64,000 nucleotides of DNA, from the NCBI GenBank assembly GCA_009103225.1, contig RHPI01000671.1, positions 127,531 to 191,530 on the forward strand, given 5' to 3'. Below are positions 1 to 10,958 of the stretch, piece after piece. How positions within the stretch are numbered: the first letter of the stretch is position 1; every line of letters begins with the position of its first letter. The stretch comes from Chlorokybus atmophyticus (taxonomy: Eukaryota > Plantae > Mesostigma and Chlorokybus algae). The notes under the pieces were generated by a model. The model ran no database searches and was not told where the DNA came from. It saw nothing but the letters and a program-made list of their open reading frames with translations. Made by a program: the position numbers and the translations under genes.

Positions 1-697
1 AAACCCATAGGTCGTGATGGCCTGTAGACAGTCCTCACGACGCTGCTGGATAGGTCAATCGCCCTCACGGCGTTGTTCACGACGTCAAGGAGGTAGAGTG
101 TGTACCCGCTGTAGCTCAGAACCAGCTGGGTAGGCAAGTTGAAGCGAGCGGATGAACCCTTGCCGTCAGCGAAACCGGCTTGGTTCGGTGAGCCAGCGAT
201 GATCCTGGTGAATCCTGTGAGGGGAGGAGTATCAGTAAGCAGGTGGGTGACAGTGAGTGATTGGTTTGAAAAGAGTGAGAGAATGTGTGTACCGTCGGAG
301 AGACGGATGTATTTGATGCAGTTGAGGTCTGAGACGTAGACGCCAGCGCCGGACTTGTCAGCAGCGACACCGTAGACGCGGCTGAGGCCATACGACTTGA
401 TGGTGGTCACAATGCCTGAGTGTAATAGTATGGGTGAGAAAAGAAGACAGAAGAGAGCTGAGAACTCAGCTATAGCACACAAGCAGTGCAAGCTCACGCA
501 CAAGGCATTCATTATTCAATAATGTAGGACGGCGCTCAAGGCAATGCATGCAAGCAGTTGACTTCAACGCAAGACATTGTCACCAGAGAATGTATTTGTG
601 TGTACAGCATGTGTGTACCAGGGGTGGCGGAGCAGGAGGACGCGAGCAGGAAGAGGGCGGCAGCAAGGACTGGCAGCATGGCGTGGACCCTTGCCAT
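1..697 (-). CDS. Secreted NHL-repeat (beta-propeller) protein, 3' end runs off the window
   Basis: Exons 697-619, 415-293 and 204-<1 join with GT-AG and matching phase 1. Product MARVHAMLPVLAAALFLLASSCSATP (signal peptide)-GIVTTIKSYGLSRVYGVAADKSGAGVYVSD...-GFTRIIAGSPNQAGFADGKGSSARFNLPTQLVL...LYLLDVVNNAVRAIDL; GxxDGxGxxARFNxP is the NHL-repeat signature. Confidence 0.85.
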
Positions 698-2630
698 TAT
701 GAGCGAGTGTGTGTGTGTGTTGCAGCAGCTGTGAGAGAGAGTCAAGCAGAGCTGAAGGTCAGTCTCGCTCACTCACACAAATACCGCTTCTACACAACAT
801 ACACAATGCGCTACCACCGGCGATGCACTGTCAACAGCTTTTGAGTCTATTGTGTCATTCCACACTGTATATATACCACCCCACCCCGCCGGCTGCTACT
901 GGCGCGCAGGCGTCGGTTGTTGCCAGGAGTGAATTTCCCGCAATTTAAATATCTGATAAATCTCTGTCGCCCTCTTGTTGCTAACTGGCAATGGCGCACT
1001 GCATGACAATGTGTATGTGTACATACAGGCACATGCTGTGGCCATTGATACATGTACGGCAGCAACGGTGTTTGCTCCCCAACACCCCCTGCCGACCCCA
1101 CATCATGTACAGCACGTGCAGCCATCTTGTTGCAAACAATGTTGTGTAGGCCTATTAGTTCAACTTCACATGCCACCAATAGGCCTACAGCATTGTGAGC
1201 CGAGATTTACCATCCGCCGCTTTTACCCAATTATGCATTGTGCCAACTGAGCCCCCAGCTCATCATCAGACACAGGACCACAGCTTTTGGCGACGGCATA
1301 CATGTGGCGTCTTGGCGGAGGTGAGCCACCTCCCTCCTAGGTTGTGCTTGCCTTGAATTCCATTCCATAACGTGATGGATTGTAATATAACTTCTTGCAA
1401 GGCATGCTAGGCTGTGACAGCAAGACAGGCAATGCTGTAGGGCTTGCTCTGACAATCTCTCGTCGGTTGGACGAAGTCTGTCTCCGTCGCTGATCGTCGC
1501 TGATCGTTCCTTGGTGACGAACGGAAAGCGACAAAGAGATGACATCGCCACGTGGCGTTGGGCGTCGCCGTTGTGCCAGCACTTTGTGGCAGCAACGGCG
1601 GTCGGTTACCGGTACTCTGTGAACATACCGGTTGGGTAATTACCTGCTTGTGCATCGTCGGTTAGCGGACTCGTTACAGACAGCTCGTAGTAGAAGTCAT
1701 GACGGGCATGTTGAGCCAAAGCCTAGTTTGGGCCAGCGATTGCAGGCCCCAATGTGGGGCGCAGCTGAAGCCTCACATGGCAGAGGGTTGGAAAGGCAGA
1801 CTTTGTGTCTAGCCTACACTGTACCGGCTAACCTTGTGGGAAAGTGGTTAACCGCTGATTAGCACGCACTGAAACGGCTTCTGCGACGGTTTAAAGTCGC
1901 CGTTGAATTTGCCTCCCAACTAGCGACGTGCGGCTGCCAAGTGGCGGGAACTCCTTCGATGGCGCCAAGTTACGTTCCGCCGTACTAGTTCGGACACAAT
2001 GCAGCGGGTGGCCGACAACGCCCTCCTGGAATTGACCGGCCCTGGGCGCTGCGCATCCGGCCGTCGTCCGTGCTAGTATACTGTGAGGCTATGTGCAAAC
2101 GGCGCCTAGGCTTACGTGCCAACCACATGTAGGCGACGGCGTTGCTACATGTAGGCCTAGCCCGCCAACTTTGGCATGCATGCGGGCGCGGATGAGATCT
2201 CTAATTTCGCACCAATGGGCCCGTGCAAGTTGGCATTGGCGGTGCTCAATCACTTTGGACAACAGCGTACACTAGGCCATGTGAGTCATATGATTTGACG
2301 CAATGCATACAGCTAGACAATGCATGCTTTTCCATGAACAATGCCCGTTCGTCGCTTCGCTAAAGTGTGCAGAAAGGATGCCAGTGTCCCGTTTGCAAAG
2401 ACAATCAATGAACTCACATCAGCGTACATTATGGGTACGTACGTTTACTAACTATACATGAGTTGTAATGAGAAACTTATTTTACGTGTTGATAACCGTA
2501 GTTTACAAATGCAAACCTAGCTTATCACGTTTAACTCGCGTACATGTGTATAGCTATATGCAGGACATTTTGTTCAAGGTAAGTAAGGTGTAACTTACCG
2601 TTTAACTATGTTTATTCAACTTTGTTAAAC

Positions 2631-2720
2631 ATATATATATGTGTATATATATACACATATATATACATACATATACATCTACATATATATATGTGGATGT
2701 ATATGTATTTATGTATATGC
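2631..2720. repeat. (TA)/(TG)/(CA) mixed microsatellite next to an assembly gap
   Basis: atatatatat gtgtatatat atacacatat... read directly. Confidence 0.9.
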
Positions 2721-2759
2721 TGATGCAAGTGCGTGCTGCAATATGCAATGCGCCCCCCC

Positions 2760-2820
2760 NNNNNNNNNNNNNNNNNNNNNNNNNNNNNNNNNNNNNNNNN
2801 NNNNNNNNNNNNNNNNNNNN
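2760..2820. other. Assembly gap (N-run) inside a poly-C tract
   Basis: 61 N flanked by C homopolymers on both sides. Confidence 0.99.
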
Positions 2821-2849
2821 CCCCCCCCCCCCCCCCCCCCCCCTTCCAT

Positions 2850-4620
2850 ATAACCCGCGTTATTGTATCAAAATCCACAACAATAACGGGCTTTTCATAC
2901 GTCTACCGGGGTAAAGGTTGAGTTAATGTTGCTAACATATGTGCAGCCTTATCCATGTTTATAATGGCATGACCATATTGGTCATGCTATTCTTAATGTA
3001 TACGATGTAGATAGACGCAGCATGAGCGAAGATGAATTTAACATCGTATAGCGTGTAATAATGTAACATGTGTAGGCTACATATGTTACATTATCCAAAT
3101 CACATGTAGGCACAGAGGGCTTTCCGCATACGGCCGGATTATAATTCTTACATATTATTAGCTCTCGAGATTTGTACACCTGATGCAATGGTAAACAACC
3201 CATAAAAGAGTTGATTGAATAATATTGCTTTACATGATGTTCACCGCATACGTTGCGTGTGCAATGTTCAATGTGGCATTAAGTGGATACACACAAGGCG
3301 GGCTGATAAAGATAGCGGCAGCCTAGACCAGCGGCATGTTGGTAACAATTAAAGGTGTTTTGCCATTGTGTCCACTTTCGACTATTTCATGGTTTTTCGT
3401 TAGGGATGATAAACGTTTTTATAAACGAAAATAGAAACGTTGTAGGTTGCCTTCAACAATGGCAACAACAGTAACACGAGTTGTTATAGCTTGGCAATAA
3501 CATGTATTCAAGTTGACTTCTTGGCACAATACTCGTCTAAATTAATCCTCCTCCTCCTTCTTAAGTTTTACGGTGGTACAACACCAAATTTTGCAAGAGA
3601 CACAATGTTTTAATAAAGTTGCATAACAATAACTGTTGAATTGCAAATCACAAACCTACGCAAACATAACTTAAGTTGTAGTATTTAAAAACACGACAAC
3701 ATATTATCATCAATTATCATAACTAATCACTGATTGGATTTTGTTATACTTGGTAAGATACCATGATTATAAGAAGTGATGCGTTTTTTGAATGTAGAGC
3801 TGCAAGTATACGCATCAGTAAAATCCACATGACATCCCTAATGCGATGTCACATTGCACCAAGGCATTCAATGCGACATGTGACACGTTGTCACATGTCG
3901 CATTCAAAGCCTTTCAGTGATATCATACTGAATGTGCAACATCTCGCACTTGATCACCAAGTGATTGCGTATTTGTAAGAAACGCTTATTATGTAGACAA
4001 TACGCATGTATCGTATCAACTTAAGTACACTTTTTATAAAGGCTGAGTTTGAACCTGGGTATGGGCACATACGAACAAATAAAGAAGGTAATGAAGAAAA
4101 ATAATGTTCTTTTTTGGTTCCAATAAAAACATGTTGTTCACCTTCAATGTTTTGTCTTTCAATTAAATCATGACATGAACTTGCAATAATAAACATTATT
4201 TTAAATAAATACAAGAAAATTGCGAAATATATAATAATTACAATGTTGTGATAAGTGTTAAAGAGCATGATACGATATATATACATTTATAATATACTTT
4301 TGCACACGAATACGCGAATAGTTTTTTTGAGATTTCGTAACGAGGAACATAATCATCATGCTGACACCTTATATATTACTCGCTACCAACAACAATACAT
4401 ATAATATATCCATAGTACCAATAATTACTATCACATTTGTGCTGCTATAAGCTTTGTTCCTACTTCCAGTATATAGTCCAAATAAACAAACAATGTTTTT
4501 TATGAGCGACTTTTGATCGACAATGGCTGGTTAGTGGGCAAAAACGAACAAAGAACGTTCTTTGTTTATGTTATGTTGAAAAGTATGATTGTTCGAACCC
4601 AGCCCTACTCTCTATACAAA
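2850..4620. other. AT-rich, CpG-poor non-coding island (probable decayed repeat DNA)
   Basis: Visibly AT-rich relative to the exons, rich in TG/CA dinucleotides, no convincing ORF; boundaries approximate. Confidence 0.5.
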
Positions 4621-5059
4621 AATCATAAAACACTTACGACAGTAATGGTGCTGGGCGCACCGGTCGCAACTTGCAGGCACGCGTAGTAATTACAAAGGCC
4701 ACGGGCATAGTGACCCACGAAACCAAGCGCAGGACGTTGCTCCCACCTTGAGCGGCTATGTGGTCATTATGCTTCGTCGCTGGGATGGGCTTGTTAGCAT
4801 ATGACATTTGGTGTGCCGGACAATTTATTGGCTATATAAAAACAGTGAGCACGGAAATGACGAGTTACTCCTTTCCACAAAATCACCGCAATGATTGGCC
4901 TCTCCACAGACAAGCTCATCAATACAGTCCTTCAAAACGGTCAGGCGTTTGAAGCGGAGGTGAGTTTGCTTTGCTTGCATGCATGTGCGCCAAGAATTCA
5001 TTATAACAAATATAGCATACTTACACTCGCGGCAATGTACACCCACATCATTGACCTGT

Positions 5060-5211
5060 CGCCATATGCAACACAGCTGGTTGCATATGGCGCCAAGTAG
5101 AGTGCTTGCAGAGCAACCCATAGTGTGTGTCCGACTTGGACATTGCGCGGAGCAATAATTATGCCCGTGGCCATGTCATGGCACTCTGCGCAGGCTGCGC
5201 AGAGTGCCATG
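5060..5211. repeat. Two perfect inverted repeats (13-bp and 16-bp arms)
   Basis: cgccatatgcaac-[acagctg]-gttgcatatggcg (5060-5092) and catggcactctgcgca-[ggc]-tgcgcagagtgccatg (5177-5211). Confidence 0.95.
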
Positions 5212-6128
5212 GCGCAACAAAAGTACACATGAGAATGCCATGCACTTACACAATTGCGTAATATACATGCAAGCTAGAACGCTTGCCAATTTGTTAGTAA
5301 CAAGTGTCTTTGATTAGTACATGTTCTTTAATACTACTCAAACTGTCAAAAATTACGTTATGCGGTGATTAGAGTAGATTATGGTTGTGTTACAGATAGA
5401 TCATGGTTGAAGTGTTAACCCCAACCGAGTAATATTGGGTTGGGGGTACTCACCAAGTGCATGATGTGTGCACTTATACCAAGCATAAATGACAGTGGGT
5501 TCTGCACTTAATGAGGGTGCATCACTTGTGCACATGATGTGTGTACAAGGTACGCAATGCGGGTTGAGAAATGCACGACATGCAACCATGACAAGCACAT
5601 CTACTTAGTTATCAACCACAACACCGTGTGCATAAAGTCGGTCAGTGCATGCAGCGCCCGTACTTGATGGTATGCACAAATTGAAGTTTGATTGTATAAG
5701 CATTTAGCACATGCCAGCAAGCGCGAACACATGCGAAAGGGTCAGTCATGCAATCTAACCATCACCACCTTAATACATACACCATGCATGCTTGCACAGC
5801 ACCATACCCCTTTTGTACACACGCGACTATCGGGCTAGGCATGGTTGGGCAAGCTCCTGATATTTAAATCATTGCTATGTTCTGACAGATTTGTGACAAG
5901 CAGCTTTGTGTTGAAGCTTAAATCAGGTACAATTGGCTCAACATGCACTTGCCCAGCATGAAGATAATTAGCACTAATGGTGCATTAGGTGTTGGCTTTG
6001 GACATACACACTATCATTCTGTAAACTATTCAGGGGCAAGCTGAGTGTCCAAGTACTGCTTTGCCTGCGTGTGAGTGGATGCAGAGCCAACTACTGCACC
6101 AACCACCTGGGTGGAATAGTACGAAAAC

Positions 6129-9100
6129 CTACGAGACAGGTAACCCCATAAAGTCTTTGTCCAAGCAGCCTTGCACAACAGACATCAATTTACCCTCCTG
6201 CTCCAAAGCACGTGCTACACGATGATCATCGATAGGATGCACCACTTTCACCACCTAAAGCAAGGCAGCACTGTTAAACCCATACGTAGGGCGTGCACAG
6301 CAGCACAACGACCTGGCATTGTACATATGGATGAGTTGAAAGTGGGCAGCTATGCATTAAGGCAAGAAACCTCGTCTGGTAGCATGTTCACTTGATCAAG
6401 ATCATGAGTCCAGTTGCCGCAGTGCACTGTGATGGCTGCATTGGATGCATCGACCGCCCGCAAAACCCGCCGTGTGAACGCTTGAAGCCACTCCGCGTGC
6501 TTGGCAGGCCGTATTGCAGCAGTTGTGAGGTCAACCTGTTTCGTGTACTAGCATACATTGGCATGTGTCCCATATGGTGAGCTCTGTACGGCACTGCGTG
6601 GATCACAGTCACGTACCTGAGGGCAGAATGCAATCACGGATGTTGCTAACTCAGAGAAAAGGAGGGCAGCAGATGCGCCCATACTGTCTCCAAGCAGCAG
6701 CACACGCTGATAACTGTGCAAATGCCAAGACAACAACACTTGTTCATGATGACATGTATGTCAAGAAGATCACCACAAGCACTTCAAGCTGCGCTGACAC
6801 TCACTTAGAGGTGACAGCCTTCAAGCGGTCCGCATAGTACTCCCCAAGCCTTTCATAGGACTCGTTGGCATCGGTGTACCAAGTCCTGGAGGGGTCCACC
6901 ACATACAGCACATCAAAGGCGTCGCTGCTGCTCTGCTTGCGAATGCAGTTGAGTATACCACCCCTGCAGCAAGAGGGTTGAGCATCACTCACAGATGGAA
7001 ACAGCTTGGAACGGCGGTGGTATGGTTAGATCATATCAACCGAGCATGAAGCCAGCTTTGCTTCAGGTTTGGACACACCATTGCAGAGTTCTCTTGCACT
7101 TACCAATTAGGTACACCTGGAGCGCTGCCGAAAGCCACCACGAGAGCTCGTGCATTGCCAGAGGGAAGTTTTTCCCAAGAGCCTGGTGTTGCTGCATCTA
7201 ACTGGGTTGCAAACCAAAGTGTTGTCAATCGCTGGAGTAGCTACGTGCGTAGCGTGTTGATGCATGGTGCGATTGATATGTTTTACGCATAGGTTTAACC
7301 ATCACCTTGAAGTAGCCGATGGACGGGCTGCTTATGCTGGCGCAGATGATGCCAAATCGCACATTGCTCTTGCAACTTGAGGGTGCTTTTGCCAGGGATG
7401 CTGCCTGTAAAGATGTTCATATGTGAAAACAGGTATCAGACAAAATGACTGCAAATGAGAACGGAAAAGTGTGCTGTGAGAGAACTCCTGAGTGTCGCAT
7501 ACTTGTTGTGTATCAACACCAACGGTGCTGGAGCTTGTCTCCAGCAGCTCTACCAGCTGAGTCCCTGCCAGAGGATTTCCCTGCACAGCATGGTGCAATA
7601 GCGGTCAAGCGTTATTCTTGAAGCAATGCACAATGACACCAAGTATGCCTCAACTGCTAAGCCTACCTCAATCCATACTTGGCGCAGCGTCTCGGACACC
7701 ATGGACAGTCCTGGCATGGTTTGCAGCTGATTGCCATACCTAATCGCAAATCATGATATTCTGTGCTTCAAGTCACTGCATTGCATCACAGGGGACATGC
7801 TCTGCTTACAAAGCCAAGGATTGCAGGTTGGGCAGAGCAAACAAAGATGCTGAGACTGACTGCAAACGATTGTCTGCCACAGAAAGCTGCTGCAGCGACT
7901 TCAATCCACCCCACTCTTCAGGTATGGAACGCAATTGGTTGCCCTGGCGGCATAGGTTATGTTAGTAGGTCTACAAAGCTTGTTGTAGACAAGCAGTATG
8001 CACACGCTGGTATATTGGTTGACCTGAAGCCAAAGCTCTTTCAGCTGAGGCAACTCTGTGAGTGAAGCTGGAAGGGTGCGCAGAGAATTGCCATGTAGCG
8101 TCAACTGCTTGAGGCTCAACAGGCTGCCAACTCCTGCGCAACAGTTTTCAAGTGCTTTGCTTGAGCTCAGGAGGTGCAGAGCATAACACATTACAGAGTG
8201 CACCACACGACCCACACCTTCTGGTAAGGTTGTCAGATAATTTCCTGCCATTGTTGCGCTCTGCGAGAATTTGTGATCAGCCCAATTCTAAACCATGCAA
8301 TGGTATGCGGCAACACTTGAAAAAACCTTGAGAAACTTACCACCAATGCCGACAGAGCACAAAACTCCTCAGGCAATGACTGCAGCAGGTTGCCCGAAAG
8401 CGCAACGACCTTCAATCGCCTGAGTTGGCCAAACTGCGCGGTCCGAACCCCATCGGTCATACACACAGATATGGCATGACCTGCACATAGCAACATTGCT
8501 CTTCTCAAGGACACAATGCAACATTCACCGGTATTTGTCTATTTACCACAAGATGGCTGAGTGACACATACTGCTGTGCCGAAAAATCAAAGCAAACCAT
8601 GCAGCCTCCTCTCAGATTGACGTCAAGAGACTCTTGATACCTCACGCGGGAGTGATGTTAGCAAGTTGCCGTGCAGCCAAATGCCTTCCAACTCGCTCAA
8701 ATTTCCAATGCCGGACGGGAGCTCTGATAGGAAGTTGCCAGCCAGCCCCAGCCTGCGCAACTGGCATATGGACAGCATGTCAACATGTCTGGTCTGCAGT
8801 CACCCACTGGCACGCGCGAAAGTAAACACCAAAGCACGCGCGCACGCACATATGCATACACGCATATGAGTTCATGCCTGCCGAACATTGCATTGACAAA
8901 CAAGGGAGAAATGCAACACATGAAATGTCTACACCACTGGCACAGCATGTATGGCATAACCAAACCTGCGTCAGCTGGCCAAACTCTTCAGGCAGCGAGG
9001 TCAGCCGATTCCCAACGAGTGACAGGTCCACAAGATCGTGAAGAGCACACACCTCAGCAGGGAGCTCAGTGAGGCCTGTTGAAACAAGAAGTTGCCGGCA

Positions 9101-9584
9101 TGCCTCGATGATAAAGCTTAACCTTACCCACTCTAGACACAATGCATGACCGACTGATATGTGAGCGCTGAAACGTTAGGGCGCTCATTAAAACAGATTG
9201 TACGTTTCATGCTCGCCGTCAAGTCTCACACCCTGATGTGATGACACATGGAGCACTTACCCATATGACTCAGGTCCAATCGGCCATGCGAGCGAGCCCC
9301 GCGTATTCGCTGCTGCACCTCTGTAGTAGAGGCAACGAACACCAATCAGGTCGCATTGGTTGACTACACGTACTGAGTCCAGCTAAAACCCGTGCCAAAT
9401 CCGTTAGCTGAGAATTGCGCACCCCCGCGGCTCTGTTCCTACCTTCAACATCTACCTCAGCCTGAACACTGCTGCTTTGCGCTGTGCAATGCTGCGACCT
9501 GTGCCTCCCGCCAGGCTGCTTCCGCTGCGCTCTCGCAGGCCTCTGCAGCAGGAATGTGTAACGCCAACTTGCAGCAGAAGCCAT
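6129..9584 (-). CDS. Leucine-rich-repeat protein fused to a C-terminal alpha/beta-hydrolase-like domain, with a possible plastid transit peptide
   Basis: Spliced product MASAASWRYTFLLQRPARAQRK...EVQQRIRGARSHGRLDLSHMGLTELPAEVCALHDLVDLSLVGNRLTSLPEEFGQLTQ, then several LxxLxLxxNxLxxLP repeats ending LWLQ|GNPL, then LVVAFGSAPGVPNWGG, FDVLYVVDPSRTWY, RVLLLGDSMGASAALLF (GxSxG elbow), and DDHRVARAL...GLPVS* (TAG 6129-6131). Confidence 0.8.
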
Positions 9585-10958
9585 AACAACAGAAGAAGTG
9601 CAAGTGTGCATTGCACTCAGCCAGCATGCGTGTCCGCGCATCAAAGCAGCACCTGTACGAGGCGCCTGTTCGACGCTCCCAAACGGAAGTTGCTTGCGGT
9701 TTTGCTTGTGCAACCACTTAAACCTGCTGCATGCTTACTTCCGCCTAGCTTGTAGCTTGGATACAGCTTGCTGCTGGGGCACACAAGCAGCGGTGCAGAG
9801 GACACACCCATAGCGAGAGCTTGCAGCACAGACACGCAATGCTCAGTTCAGAGCTTCTTCTTTGGACATTCTCAATTACTCAATCCCAGTCATGCACAGC
9901 TACGCCCGGAAGTACGCCCCAAACGAGCACACCGCCGCCGCTTCAACAGCAAATTTACGCTCGTGCATTGTTGCAGCTGATGATACTCACCGCTCGATAG
10001 CTCCAGTTGATATCTGCCCTGCCACTGCATCGTCACCGTCGATGTCCATGTCGGGCAGTGCACAGCCGTCAAAATGCTATGATATTGACGGCAATACACT
10101 AGCGGTTGTGATAGCTCTGGCGCTAATCACTCGCTTGCCGCGGCGGTAAGGGACGCTCAGCCTGCCACGTACGCCGCCGCCGCCGCCGCCGTTTCGTGTG
10201 TTACTGTGGGCTAAGCTTTCAGTGTATAGTTGACGATACGCTGAACGCATGCTGCTGGCGAGGTGGTAGGTGAGGCTGAAGGCTGCTGTCTTGGAAGGGA
10301 GGCTTGAGGCGTTCAGTTTTAGGCAGCTTAGCTGAGCTCACTTGAAGATTTCAGCTCAGACTCGAGCAAAGCTTACAGCCCACGCACACCTTGTGCTTCG
10401 CAGTAGCAGAGACAATTGCAGGATTGGTGCATGCAGCTTGCGGGTGGACGGTGACGGAGGTCATAGTGTAAGGGACGTGCTCGCTGCTTGAGTGCTCTTC
10501 TGGGCGACGTGGAGAGGTAATAGCCATCAGGAACGCTTGCTGAATTACTACAAAATCAGTATATTTCTTCGTTAAGAGTGTGCGTTGCGGCACACAGTAG
10601 TTGCCATGATAGTAGCAGCTGTCACTGCAGTTGAACAACAGTTTCCTATGCAAGCTGTACACAGTGCACTGCACCTATTCAGCCGACAGCTGGGTTGGCT
10701 GGTTGTTAAACACATCGTCGTGGGCATTCGTGTGCACTGGTCCTCTCGTGTGTCGTGTAAAACACAATCGCTTGCAACATTTGTTGGCTAGAGTCGTCAC
10801 GAGTTGTGAACTTGCAATCTCAATTGCATCTCGCATTGTGTACAGTGGCAATGAAAGCATCAAAGGCCTTTACAGCAAGCGCTAGGGTCGATTGCGGGTT
10901 GATGGTTAACTGTGCTTGGTTGGGTGCAGGAAGTCATTGCTGTTGCTGAAACAGACAG

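Noticed and set aside
4758-4952. KDZ/Zisupton transposase relic suggested by YDIWC
   Set aside because: A single five-residue resemblance with no other transposase motifs.
9860-10700. Extra gene between the LRR-hydrolase and Iojap genes (MDIDGDDAVAG...|gtgagt and other short ORFs)
   Set aside because: Could not build a phase-consistent model or recognise a motif; may be UTR exons.
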